DNA of 64,000 nt from an uncultured Chloroflexia bacterium. GTDB lineage: Bacteria > Chloroflexota > Limnocylindria > Limnocylindrales > CSP1-4. The notes under the pieces were generated by a model that did not search any database, had not been told where the DNA came from, and saw only the letters and a program-made list of their open reading frames with translations. Made by a program: the position numbers and the translations under genes. The stretch spans positions 384,001 to 448,000 of the forward strand of contig CAVVJT010000010.1 in the NCBI GenBank assembly GCA_963748625.1, written 5' to 3'. Each line of letters starts with the position of its first letter. Within the stretch, counting starts at the first letter, position 1. Shown in pieces: positions 28,269-38,986 of this stretch.

Positions 28269-30147
28269 GTGCTCCCGATCGTGCGCAGGCGTTGTGACAG
28301 GTTGGGTGTCGCAACCACGACGAGATGGGCGGTCGCGCGCGTCAGCCCCGTGTACAGCAGGGCGTCCAGGCGCGGGGCCTCGTCGGGCAGCTCGCACAGG
28401 ATGATGACCGGTTTCTCCAGGCCCTTGAAGCGCCGGACGGTCTCGAACTGGACGATGGCGTCGTCGGGGGGAAGGTCGGGCACCTCGTCGGCCGGGAGGC
28501 GGAGCGACTCGCCGGCGTCGTCGATGGCGCCGTTCCACAGCTCCACGTTGCCGAAGCGGCGCCTGCGCCAGACCTCGCTCCTGGTGGCCGATGCGCCCGA
28601 GAGCACGGCGATGTCCCAGGTCCGGACACCCTGCTCCACGATGAGCTTGTGGAGCTGCTGGCGGACGGCGTCGACGGTGGGCTGGCCGGGTTCGGCCTCG
28701 ACGATGACGGGGGCGCTCCCCTCCTCCAGGACGGCGTACGGCACGATGCCCTCCGGTCCACGGTAGAAGCGGGTCGCGAGCTGGGTGACCGGCGCCGGAC
28801 AGCGGTAGTCCTCGAAGAGCTCCACCTTGTCCAGGCCGAGGTCGGCCACGCGGTCATCGCGGTAGAGGGCCTGGCCGGGGTCGTGGAAGACCCAGAGGAT
28901 GTCCTCGGCCGGGTCGCGGAGGAGGAACTCGAGGGAGGTGAGCCAGGCGGGCTCGAAGTCCTGGCCCTCATCGATGACGAGGGCGTGGTAGCGCTCGTCC
29001 GGCAGGGCGTCGATGGCCTGGTCCAGGGCTGCGGGGAGGGTGGTGTCGAACCAGTCGCGCGGGAGGCTCGCGTCGTCCTTCGGCTTCTTCGGGATGGTGC
29101 TGGCCTTTGTCCCCAGGGTTTCGCAGAGGCCGTGGAAGGTGGTCACCGCCGGACGCCTTGTCGCGTCCGGCTCGAGCTCGGCCAGCTCCCTCCGGACGGC
29201 GGTTGCCAGCGGCTGGTTGAAGCAGACGAACAGGGTGCGCCAGCCCTCGCGTGCGAGCCTCCTTGCCTTTTCAACGGCCACCAGGCTCTTGCCGGAGCCC
29301 GCGGGCCCGACAACCTCGAGGCGACGCGTGGTCCGGTGCTGGTTGAGGACGAGCTTCTGGAGGGTCGACGCCTGGAGGAGGCGCGTCCTGCCGTCGTCGA
29401 CGTCGCGCTTGACGAGTCGCGTGAGGGTCGCCGTGGGGGCGAGGAAGTCGTTGATGGTGTCGGTCTCGTGCGCGGTGAGCGGGCGGCCGTGGGTGCCGTC
29501 GCCGGTCCACCAGGTCCAGGCCTGCTCGATGGCCGTTCTTGTGGTCGCGGGAGTCTCGAGGGCGGCGGCGTCGAGGACGATCTCCCTCGTCACGTCCGGG
29601 CCGAGGAGGGCGTGGCCCCGCGGGAGGGTCGCGAGGTCGGCGTCCGGGAAGGCGACGGCGTGGCCGGCTCTCAGGTCCCGCTGGTCGATGGCGAGGATGC
29701 CGGCGAGCGTGCGAACGAGATCGTGCTTGTTCTCCTCGGCCTGGCGGAAGGGGCTCCGGCTCAACTTTCGGGCGCCCAGGAACCAGGTGTCGCCGCTGCG
29801 GCTCGGGGTGCCGGACTTGGTCTCGATGACGAGAATTCCGTGGTCCTGGTTGACGAGGACGAGGTCGGCCTCGCCGTCGTGAGCGGGCTTGGTGCGGTCC
29901 GGCTTCGCGATGAAGCGGACGCCGGCGTGGAGGGTGGTGCCGGCGGGGAGGGTGGTGCCGGCGAGAGAGTGGTGCCGGCGTGGAGGGTGGTGCCGGCGGG
30001 CAGTCCCGGAGTCGGCGCGAGGGCGAGGGCGGCGCGTGCGCGGTCCTCCACCAGGCGCTCGGCGCGCTCACCCAGGGTGCTGCCGTTGGTTCCGTTGGTC
30101 CCGTTGCTGCCTGGGGTGCCTGGGGTGCTGGGCTCGAGTCCCCCCAA
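28265..30147 (-). CDS. NERD nuclease plus SF1 helicase, frameshift inside an 18-bp tandem repeat near 29965
   Basis: GEADLVLV..ILVIETK..SPFRQA (NERD); GPAGSGKS; IDEGQDF; RFKGLE; YTGLTRA. Start is uncertain (TTG after GGAGG). Confidence 0.8.
29922..29997. repeat. 18-bp tandem repeat x4 (encodes AGTTL[H/P]); third unit is 17 bp
   Basis: ccggcg(t/g)ggagggtggtg units read directly from the sequence. Confidence 0.85.
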
Positions 30148-30233
30148 TCGCGTGCCTCCCGAGGATGTGGTGCGTTGCCTCGAGCCTAGCGGTCGGACGC
30201 CCGGCCGGCGATGGGCCATTCCGCCCACCGAAG

Positions 30234-30317
30234 GTCCACCGGCGGCCCGGTTCGTCCACCGGCGGCCCGGTTCGTCCACCGGCGGCCCGGGTCGCCCATC
30301 GGCGGCCCAGTTCGTCC
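30234..30317. repeat. 20-bp tandem repeat, about 4 units (gtccaccggcggcccggttc)
   Basis: Two exact and two degenerate units; a related inverted copy lies at 35022-35075. Confidence 0.9.
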
Positions 30318-30386
30318 GGAGCACGCCGGCCCGCCGACGCTCCGCCTGCCGACCCGCCCGATGCGCGCCCGCCTTGGACGTCCCTG

Positions 30387-30451
30387 CTGCCCGCCTTGGA
30401 CGTCCCCTGCCCGCCTGCCCGATGCGCGCTGGCCGCGCGAACCGTCGGGTG
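30387..30451. repeat. About 65-bp direct repeat, left of the HTH-nuclease gene
   Basis: ctgcccgcct(t/c)ggacgtcccctgcc(c)gcctgcccgatgcgcgctggccgcgcgaaccgtcgggtg; second copy at 31360-31423. Confidence 0.92.
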
Positions 30452-30608
30452 GACCTGCCCCGCTTTCGTGGACACCTACCATCGCGGCAGCAGCCGCAGG
30501 AAGGCGTCCCGTATGAGGGGGGCGCTTGGGGGGCGCAGGACCCGGAAGTGGACAACTCCAGCCCTCGAGATGAGTGCGCGTTAATCCGTACCTGCCACGA
30601 TCAGCGGC

Positions 30609-31265
30609 ATGGCAACGCGTGAACGTCCGGGAGACCTCGGCGCCGAGGATGCCCGGACCATCTACCAGAAGACTGCCCGCGAGATCCGGCAGGCCCGGAT
30701 CGCTGGCGGCTGGAGCCAGGAGGTGGTCGCGCGTGCGGCCGGCATGTCGCGCACGCAGCTGTACCGGCTGGAGAAGGGCAAGTTGGAGGAACCGGGGCTC
30801 GAGGCGATCTGCCGCGCGAGCCGGGCGGTCGGCCTGTCAGTGAGCGTGACGCAGCACCCGACGGGTGAACGCCTGCGCGACACCCCGCAACTCAGGCTGG
30901 CCGAGGACTTCGCCACCTACCCTGCCAGCCCGATCATGATCCGCCGCGAAGTCCCCCTGCCGATCGAAGGCGACCTGCGCGCCTGGGACATGCTGGTCTC
31001 CGAGGGTCGACGCATCGCTTTCGTCGAGTGCGAGACCCGGCTCGGCGACCTTCAGGCCCTCGGCCGGCGGCTCGCCCTCAAGCTGCGCGACGATCCGCGC
31101 GGCGACGTGGTCATCCTCGTTGTGCGGTCCACCGCCCACAATCGGCGCGTCCTCGCCACCCACCGGGAAGCTCTCCGCGCCGAGTTCCCGCTCGACGGCG
31201 CCACCATTGCTCGTGCCCTCCGCGCCGGCCGCGTCCCGACCGCCAGCGGAATCATCCTCATCTGA
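30609..31265 (+). CDS. XRE-family HTH fused to a restriction-endonuclease-like (PD-(D/E)XK/DUF559-like) domain
   Basis: IRQARIAGGWSQEVVARAAGMSRTQLYRLEKG; REVPL..RAWDML..VECETRL. Confidence 0.75.
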   Translation: MATRERPGDLGAEDARTIYQKTAREIRQARIAGGWSQEVVARAAGMSRTQLYRLEKGKLEEPGLEAICRASRAVGLSVSVTQHPTGERLRDTPQLRLAEDFATYPASPIMIRREVPLPIEGDLRAWDMLVSEGRRIAFVECETRLGDLQALGRRLALKLRDDPRGDVVILVVRSTAHNRRVLATHREALRAEFPLDGATIARALRAGRVPTASGIILI

Positions 31266-31359
31266 TCGTCCACCGCAGATCGGCCTGGCGTCCTTGCGCC
31301 ACGAGGCGCGCGCTGGCCGTCTGACCTCCCGCCTGTCCGCTGGCCCGATGCGCGCTGGC

Positions 31360-31423
31360 CTGCCCGCCTCGGACGTCCCCTGCCGCCTGCCCGATGCGCG
31401 CTGGCCGCGCGAACCGTCGGGTG
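31360..31423. repeat. About 65-bp direct repeat, right of the HTH-nuclease gene
   Basis: Matches 30387-30451 with one substitution and one indel. Confidence 0.92.
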
Positions 31424-31547
31424 ACGGCCGGTTTCTGAGCGCTGGGTGCGCAGGATGGGGCGTCCGGGCGCCCGGAAGCGCGATCCAGCACGCTGAGCGC
31501 GCATGCACGATGCCCCACCCGACCGTACGCACGCTGAGCGCGCATCA

Positions 31548-31616
31548 GGGGGGGTAAGGGGGCATGGGGGCATGGGGGCAGGGGGTAGGGGGCGGGGGCA
31601 TGGGGGCGCGAGAGGG
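31548..31616 (+). repeat. G-run array (eight runs of 5 or more G, short loops), potential G-quadruplex
   Basis: gggggggtaagggggcatgggggcatgggggcagggggtagggggcgggggcatggggg. Confidence 0.7.
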
Positions 31617-31679
31617 ACACGCCGGGGTGAACGCTCCGTGGAACCTGGCCCGACCCGCTGGCGTCAGGGCGCCGAACGC

Positions 31680-31726
31680 CACGGAACCCACGGAACCCAC
31701 GAACCCACGGAACCCACGGAACCCAC
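31680..31726. repeat. 9-bp tandem repeat, about 5 units (cacggaacc)
   Basis: Read directly, just upstream of the SIMPL gene. Confidence 0.85.
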
Positions 31727-31758
31727 CCCGGCCACCTCGCTGCCAAGGACCCAGACAG

Positions 31759-32547
31759 ATGCAGACCTCCTCCACCTCCACGCAGAACCCCTGGCGCATC
31801 GCCTTCCTCGCGGGTGCCGCCGTCGTCGCCGTGGGCCTGATCGCCGGCCCCGTCCTCGCGGGCGTCATCCGCCCCTCGACCGGCACCGCACAGCTCGCTG
31901 CCGGTACCGACGGCACCCCGGCCGAGCACACGATCTCCGTCGGCGGAGCGGGCAAGGTCACCCTCGTCCCCGACATGGCCACCGTCAACCTCGGCGTGGT
32001 CGTCCAGAAGGACACCGCCAAGGCCGCCCGCCAGGCCGCTGCGGAGCGCATGACCGGCGTCGTCGAGGCGCTCAAGAAGCTGGGCATCGACGACAAGGAC
32101 ATCGCCACCTCCACGGTGTCGCTCAGCCCCGTCTACGACTGGTCCAACAACACCCAGCGCATCACCGGCTACCAGCTCAGCAACATGGTCACCGTGACCG
32201 TGCGCGACCTCGACAAGCTCGGTGACGTCCTCGACAACACGATCACCGCGGGCGCCACCAGCGTCGACGGCATCACGTTCGACGTGGCGGACCGCAACGG
32301 CGCCGAGGCGAAGGCCCGCGAGGCCGCCATGGCCGACGCCAAGGCCAAGGCCGACACGCTCGCCAAGGGCGCGGGCGTCCGGGTGACCGGCGTCCAGTCC
32401 ATCAGCGAGTCTGTCTCGACCCCGGTCTGGTACGACTACCGGATGGCCGCCCCGGCCGCGGGTGCCGCCGAGGACGCCTCCACGCCGGTCATGCCCGGCA
32501 CCACCGACGTCACCATCACCGTCCAGGTCGTCTACCTGATCGACTGA
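31759..32547 (+). CDS. SIMPL domain (DUF541) exported protein
   Basis: TISVGGAGKVTLVPDMATVNLGV..DIAT..SPVYD..ITGY..A..DAKAKA..LA; N-terminal hydrophobic segment. Confidence 0.9.
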   Translation: MQTSSTSTQNPWRIAFLAGAAVVAVGLIAGPVLAGVIRPSTGTAQLAAGTDGTPAEHTISVGGAGKVTLVPDMATVNLGVVVQKDTAKAARQAAAERMTGVVEALKKLGIDDKDIATSTVSLSPVYDWSNNTQRITGYQLSNMVTVTVRDLDKLGDVLDNTITAGATSVDGITFDVADRNGAEAKAREAAMADAKAKADTLAKGAGVRVTGVQSISESVSTPVWYDYRMAAPAAGAAEDASTPVMPGTTDVTITVQVVYLID

Positions 32548-32569
32548 TCGACTGACCCAACGGGGCTCA

Positions 32570-32601
32570 CGGCCCGGGTTCCCTCAGCGGAACCCGGGCC
32601 G
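32570..32601. terminator. GC-rich hairpin between convergent genes
   Basis: cggcccgggttcc-ctcagc-ggaacccgggccg, a 13-bp stem without a U tract. Confidence 0.65.
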
Positions 32602-32808
32602 CTCGAATTCACGCCGCGTGAGTCGCCAATGCATCAATCCTGGCACGTCCCCGCACGATCGGGACGCGAAGGTCGGGTTTCGCGGCACGGTCACGCACGC
32701 TGGCAGGCCTACTTGAGTCTGGGGCGCATCAAAGGGCCGAAGCCCCCGCCGCGGTTCGGCCGAGTAGGGCCCGGCGCCAGGCGGGGCCGCTCAATTCTGC
32801 GCCCGCGC

Positions 32809-34229
32809 TCAGCCGGCCAGCGCCTGCTCCAGGTCGTCGATCACGTCGGCCGGGTGCTCCCCGCCGATCGAGAGCCGCACCAGGCCCGCGCGGGATCTGC
32901 GCCGTCTCGCGCCCGACCGCGCCCTGCTGCTGGTGCGTGGAGATGGACGGGATCACGGCCACGCTCTTCACGCGGCCGAGGTCCGTCGCCCGGAAGACCA
33001 GCTCCAGCCGGTCGTACATCCGGCGCGCCGCCTCGACCCCGCCTCGCAGCGTGAACCCCAGCAGCGTCCCGTAGCGGGCCACCTCGTGCCCCTCGGCGTC
33101 GCCATCGGCCAGGCGGAAGTCCCGCGCCGCCACCGATGTGCCCCGGATGCTCCAGCAGCCCCGGGTAGAGCACCCGGTCCACGTCCCGGTGCCCGTCGAG
33201 GTACCGCGCCACCGCCATCGTCGAGCGTGACCACGCGTCCATCCGCGTCCGCAGCGTGCGCAGGTCGGACAGCAGCGCCAGGGCGGCCTGCGGCGAGAGC
33301 GACGCCCCCATGTCGCGCGACGGCAGCAGCTTGAGATGCGTGGCGAAGTCGGCGCGCAGGTCGTCCGCGCCGGACCGCATCACGATGTCCCGCCGCGCGA
33401 CCACCGCCCCCGCGATCGCCAGCCCCGACGCCCCGATCGCCTTCGACAGGGAGTGGATGACGATGTCGGCCCCGAGGCCCAGCGGCCGCAGCAGCGCGGG
33501 CGTCGCCACGGTGGAGTCCACGATCAGCGGCAGGCCCGCGTCATGGGCGACCTCGGCCAGCGCGGGGATGTCGGCCAGCGCGAGCGCCGGGTTCGACGGC
33601 ACCTCCACGTAGAGGAAGCGGGTGCCCTCGTCGATGGCCGCGGCCCAGGCGTCGGTGTCGAGCGGGTCGGCGATCCAGCGGACCTCGATCCCCCGCTCCG
33701 CCTGGTACCGCGAGAAGAGCATGAAGGTGCCGCCGTAGCACTTGGCCGATGCGACGAGGTTCGGCTTCGGCAGGTCCGCGTCGGCCGCGAGCAGCGCGTT
33801 CGTGGCCAGGTGGACGGCCGCCATGCCGGAGCTGGTGACGACGCAGGAGGCCTCGATGTCAGTGGCGTAGGTCTCGAGCAGCGCGAGCGTCTCCTCGAGG
33901 TACCCGGTGGTCGGGTTGGCGATGCGGGTGTAGCCCCACGCGGGCATGAGGTACGCGAGGGCGGCCTCGAGCTCGTCGGAATCGGCGAAGTGCTGCGCGG
34001 GCGACGCGTAGACGGGTTCGATGAGCGAGCCCTGGTTGCGGGCGGCGGCGAGGTGGTCGTAGACGCCGTGGACCGCGATGGTGTCGAACCGTCGGGTGCG
34101 GGCCTTCGCACGGGTGGCCGCCACGACCTCGCTCATCTCGCGGCCGCGGGCGACCCAGGCATCGAAGCCGGAAGGTCCGGTGGGGTCGATGGGGCCGTGG
34201 GGCGGATCGGGCTCGGCGGGGGCGGTCAT
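32809..34229 (-). CDS. PLP-dependent transsulfuration enzyme (cystathionine gamma-synthase/O-acylhomoserine sulfhydrylase family), two frameshifts
   Basis: YTRIANPT, SSGMAA, CYGGT, EVPSNP, VDST.ATP, HSLSK (PLP Lys), VRLSIGGEH. Shifts near 33133 and 32890. Confidence 0.88.
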
Positions 34230-34258
34230 GGCAGCGGGTCTCCTCCTGGGGGCGACGG

Positions 34259-34726
34259 CTAGAGGGGGAGCGCCGGGGCGTCCTTGACGGTCGCCATCAC
34301 GACGCTGGTCTGGATGCGGGCGATGCCCGGGAGCGGGGTGAGCTTGTCCACGACGAAGCGCTCGAGGGCGCGACGGTCGGGCAGGACCACCTTGAGCTGG
34401 TAGTCGAACTGGCCGGTGAGGTGGTGGCACTCGAGGACTTCGGGGAGTGCGGCCAGGGCCGTCCGGATGCGGGCGACCGCGTCCTGGTGGTGGAGCGCAA
34501 TGCCGATGGAGATCAGGCACAGCAGGTCGAAGCCGGCCCGCTCCTGGTCCACGCGTGCGGTGTAGCCGGTGATGACCTTCCTCTCTTCGAGGCGTCGGAC
34601 GCGCGCGTGGGTGGCCGCGGGGCTCAGGCCCACGGTGCGGGCGAGGTCGAGGTTGCTCATCCGGCCGTCCCGCTGGAGGCTGCGGAGGATCTCGCGGTCG
34701 AGGTCATCGAGGGTGATGCTGGTCAT
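34259..34726 (-). CDS. Lrp/AsnC family transcriptional regulator
   Basis: LDDLDREILRSLQRDGRMSNLDLARTVGLS..PEVLECHHLTGQFDY. Confidence 0.93.
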   Translation of the reverse strand: MTSITLDDLDREILRSLQRDGRMSNLDLARTVGLSPAATHARVRRLEERKVITGYTARVDQERAGFDLLCLISIGIALHHQDAVARIRTALAALPEVLECHHLTGQFDYQLKVVLPDRRALERFVVDKLTPLPGIARIQTSVVMATVKDAPALPL

Positions 34727-35096
34727 GTTCCTGCCGGTTCTGCAAGGGGTTGTTCGGTATGTGAGCATGATGTCCGAATATCTGTCGGCTGTCGATGGGT
34801 CTGCCGTGCAGTTGTTCGGCCACCGGGAGAGTTGCCTGCAGGGCGCCCATCTTCGGCGGCATGCCGACTTCTCGACGGTTCGCCCCACGTGGGGGCCAGA
34901 TCCGCACCTCGCACGCACGCACCGGGTCGCAAACCCGGGGTTTCGCGCGCAGAGCACGCTCAGCTGGGCCCGAACCGCCCCCCACGTGGGCCGCCGCGCG
35001 GGGTTGGAGCCGGGGAACGTAGGCCGCCGGTGGACGAACCGGGCCGGCGGGGGCTGCAGATGGGCGACCCGGCCCGCGACACGTTCAGGGGACCCG

Positions 35097-37462
35097 GTGC
35101 ACACTGCGCCCGTGCGCCGCTTCGCCCGTCTCGCCCCGCTCGCCGCCCGCCGTCTCGCCCCGCTCGCCGCCTTCGCGCTGGCCACCGCCGTCGGCCTGTC
35201 CGGCATCACGGCGCCCGCAGCACGCGCCGCCGACGGCTTCGCCGAGACCGCGACCACCACCTACACGCTCCAGCCCGCGAAGGGTCGGCTGGCGGTCAAG
35301 GTCACGCTGCGGATCACGAACAGCACGCCCGACACCACCGAGCCCTACGAGTGCACCAAGTACCGCGAGGACTGGTTCTGGGGCACGGTCCCGTACACGG
35401 ACACCTGCTACCGGACCACGCACTGGTACCGCAACCAGGCGTCGATCTGGGTGGAGCGAGAGGCCGGCAAGGTCAAGGCGACGTCGGGCGGGAAGCGGCT
35501 GGCGGTCGAGTCGAGCCAGAAGGGCGACGCCTACCGCCTCGAGACGATCACGTTCCCCAAGCTGTTTTACGGCAAGTCCCGCACGATCACCGTCACCTAC
35601 ACGCTCAAGGGCGGCAGCCCGCGGTCGGACACGTTCACCCGGACGCTGCGCGCATACGCCTCGTTCTGCGTGATCGCCAACGGCGCCGACAAGGGCGAGG
35701 TCACCGTCCGCCTGCCGTCGGGCTTCAAGGTGGAGACCTCGGGCGAACCGCTGCGTGGCAAGGTCGACGGCGGCTCCCGGGTGTTCACCTCGGGCGCGGT
35801 CAAGGACACGTCGCGCTGGTACGCGTGCCTGTCGGGCACGAACGAGGACGGGTACACGGCCGAGGAGATGACCGCTCCCGATGGCCGCACGGTGCGCCTG
35901 CTGTCCTGGCCCGAAGACCCCACGTGGACCCGCGGGGTGCGCGACGAGGTGTCGGCCGGGCTGCCCGAGCTGCGCCGGCTGGTGGGTGCGGACATGGCCG
36001 GATCCGACGCGCTGGTCGTGAAGGAGGCCTCCACCGGCAACGAGTACGCGGGGTTCTACGACCGCAAGTCGAACACGATCACCGTGGGTGAGGACTACAC
36101 GCAGCCGTCGCTCGTGGCCCATGAGCTCGCGCACGTCTGGTTCAACGGGAGCGTCTTCGCCGAGACCTGGATGTCCGAGGGCTACGCCGAGTGGGCGGGG
36201 CGCACGGCCAGCGGCGACCTCGCGGCGTGCGGTCGCCCGGAGGCCGCACCGGCGTCGCTGACCCTGGCCGACTGGCGATATCTGGAGCCGCGCTCGAGCG
36301 CGGAGGAACGCGACGCGGTGTCGGCGCAGTACGACGCCTCCTGCTACATCGTCACCCGCGTGGCCCAGGCAGCCGGCGCGGACCGGATGGCCACGGTGAC
36401 GACGGCTCTGCTGGGTCGCGACGATCCCTACGCGCCCGGCTCGGACATGGCGCGGGCGACGAAGATCGCGACCTGGCGGGACTGGCTCGACGCGGTCGAC
36501 GAGCTGGGACTGCGGCCCGCGGGTGCCGCCGAAGGCCTCGCGTCCGACCTGCTGGTGGAATATGGGATCGCGTCCGACCGGGCACTGCTCGCGAAGCGGG
36601 CATCGGCGCGACGGGCGTACCAGGAGCTGCTGGCGACCGTGGTGATGTGGGATGTGCCCCCGGTCGTGCGCACGCCGCTCACGGAGTGGCACTTCGACGA
36701 TGCCCAGGCCGCGATCGCCGCCGCCGGCGAGACCTGGGAGGTCACCGGCCAGACCGATCTCGTGCTCGACGGCGTCGAGGCACGGCAGGGGCCGGCAGCC
36801 TCGGCCTGGGAGGGGGCGGCGTCCCTTGCGGACCTCGAGGAGGCGGCCTCGATCGCGCGGCGGCAGCTGGTGGCGTCGAAGGATGTGGCCGAGGTGCGGG
36901 AGCTGCTGGAGCAGCGCCTTGACCTGGTGGAGCAGGTGGGAATGGTCGGGACGGTGATGCCATCGCTTGACAGCGCCGTGGCGGCGATCAGGGTCGGTGA
37001 CGACGCGTCGGCGGCCGAGATCACGCTCCGGGTGCGCTCGATGCTGGGCGGGCTCCGGGCGCAGGGCGAGCAGCGGATCGTGCTGGGCGTGGGGATCGCG
37101 ATCCTGGTGCTGGCGCTGGCCGTGGTGCTGGTCGCCTGGCGGGTGCAGGTGTCGTCGCGCCGGCGTCGGGCCGGGCGGATGGCGGCGGCTGGTGCGGCGG
37201 GCGTCGGACCTGGTCCGGTTCCCGTCGGCACGTCGGCCAGTCCCGATGGGTTCAACAACGACAGCACCGCGACCGTTGTGGATCTGCCTGGTGTCGCGGG
37301 CCCGCTGCCTGCGTGGGCATCCCCGTCCATCGACGACTCCCCCACGATGGCCGTGCCGGACCTCGGGGCGCCGGCTGGGGCGCCGGCTGGGGCGCCGGTC
37401 GAGCCGCCGCTGGAGCCGCCTTCGAGCCGCCGCTGCCCCCTCCCCCGCCGCCGGTTCGCTGA
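35097..37462 (+). CDS. Exported, C-terminally anchored zinc metallopeptidase (gluzincin, M1/MA-like)
   Basis: Signal peptide; VAHELAHVWF..WMSEGYAEW; TM helix; Pro-rich tail. True stop is probably TGA 37460-37462 after a frameshift (the uncorrected ORF runs to 37574). Confidence 0.8.
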
Positions 37463-37513
37463 ACCTCGGGGGATTGACGCAATGGGTGCCCCCGGCGCAG
37501 CGCGATTCTCATC

Positions 37514-37766
37514 CTCGCACCAGGTGGGAGCTACCTCCGGCCAACCTGCCATCCCGCCACCTGGTGCGAGCTAACCGCCCGAACGCTCCCCTTGGGTCGG
37601 CTTAGGGTCACCTGGTGGGAGCAAGCGGATGTCGCAGGCCGACGACTTCGGATAGCTCCCGCCTGGTGGGAACAACCACACGTCCGGCGTGGGGTCCACG
37701 CTCAGCAGTGGTCGGCCAGCAGGTCGGTGGTGAGCAACACGTCGGATAGGTCCCACCTCGTGGGAA
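37514..37766. repeat. Cluster of five imperfect palindromes, consensus TAGCTCCCACCWGGTGGGAGCTA (REP-like)
   Basis: Copies near 37514, 37554, 37605, 37653 and 37747. Confidence 0.75.
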
Positions 37767-37858
37767 TTTGCGCGAGTCCTCCGGCGTGGACCCCGGCACC
37801 GAGCGCTGGACCACGCCGGCGCACGGACGAAATCGATTGCACCGGGTAGGCTTGCCCG

Positions 37859-38941
37859 GTGACCGCCCCTGAGCCGCTGACGCCCGCCGCCGAGCAGACC
37901 GCGCCGCCTGCCGCGGACCCGACGGCGCCCGCCGCTGCCCAGGCCGTGCCCGCCGCGGACCCGACGGCGCCCGTCGCCGAGCACACCGCGCCCGTCGCCG
38001 AGCAGACCGCGCCCGCCGGCTCCCCCGTTCACTCGCGGACGGCGGCCCTCGTGCTGCTGGCGCTGCTCGCGCTGGTCTGGGGCGTGCACTGGGTGGTGGT
38101 CAAGCAGGGCCTGCAGTACATGCCGCCGCTCACCTACGGGGCGTTCCGCATGATCGGCGGGCTGCTCACGATGGTCGCCCTGCTCGGTGTCCAGGGGAAG
38201 CTGGTGCGGCCGCCGCGCGAGGACTACCCGATCATCGCGTCGGTCTCGCTGCTCCAGATCGCGGCCGGCGTCCTGATCATGAACTTCGCCCTCCAGGCCG
38301 TGCCCGCCGGCCGCTCGTCGGTGCTGCTCTACGCGATGCCGCTGTGGGTGGCGCTGCTGCTGTGGCTCTTCTTCCGCGTCAAGCCGCGGCGCAACGAGGC
38401 GATCGGCCTGGTCCTGGGGCTCACGGGCATCCTCGTCCTGGTGAACCCGACCGTCATCGACTGGAGCATCCCTCTCGAGCTTGCGGGCACCGTCGCGCTC
38501 GTCATCAACGGCGTCCTGTGGGCGGCCGTGACCATCCATATCCGACGCCACACCTGGCGCTCCACCCCGCTGCTCCTCCAGCCGTGGATGCTGCTCGTGG
38601 CGGGGGTGCCGATCGTGGCCGCCGCCATCTTCTTCGAGCAGGGGCGCGAGGTCACCTGGGGCTTGCCGTTGATCCTGGCGCTCCTCTACTCCGGGCCACT
38701 GGCGACCGCCTTCGCGAACTGGGCGAGCCAGTCGATCACGCGTTCCCTCGGCCCGCTGGCGTCCGCCGTTGGGTTCCTGGCGACGCCGGTTGTCGGCCTG
38801 ATCGCGGGCGCGATCGTGCTCAACGAGCAGCTGGGGCTGATCGACCTGGCCGGGTTCGCGATGGTGCTCGCAGGGATCGCGGCGACGTCACTGTTCCCGG
38901 CGCCCGCTCCGCGAGAGCGGGCCGCCGCCGAGCGCACCTGA
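37859..38941 (+). CDS. DMT/EamA family transporter with repetitive N-terminal tail
   Basis: LVWGVHWVVVKQGL..PPLT..FR; about 10 TM helices. Confidence 0.9.
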   Translation: MTAPEPLTPAAEQTAPPAADPTAPAAAQAVPAADPTAPVAEHTAPVAEQTAPAGSPVHSRTAALVLLALLALVWGVHWVVVKQGLQYMPPLTYGAFRMIGGLLTMVALLGVQGKLVRPPREDYPIIASVSLLQIAAGVLIMNFALQAVPAGRSSVLLYAMPLWVALLLWLFFRVKPRRNEAIGLVLGLTGILVLVNPTVIDWSIPLELAGTVALVINGVLWAAVTIHIRRHTWRSTPLLLQPWMLLVAGVPIVAAAIFFEQGREVTWGLPLILALLYSGPLATAFANWASQSITRSLGPLASAVGFLATPVVGLIAGAIVLNEQLGLIDLAGFAMVLAGIAATSLFPAPAPRERAAAERT

Positions 38942-38986
38942 CGACGCCTCGGCACCGAACCGACGCCACACGGCGCCGGCGATGCC

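Noticed and set aside
30234-30317. Tandem 20-mer as a CRISPR array
   Set aside because: Units are contiguous with no spacers, and no cas genes are present.
26028-30622. Long opposite-strand ORFs (26028-28766 and 28325-30622; likewise 4095-6095, 7658-9562, 60406-62634)
   Set aside because: Shadow ORFs of real genes in high-GC DNA, with Arg/Gly/Ala-rich translations and no motifs.
37514-37766. Palindrome cluster as a CRISPR array
   Set aside because: Repeats are too degenerate, spacing is irregular, and there are no cas genes or AT-rich leader.
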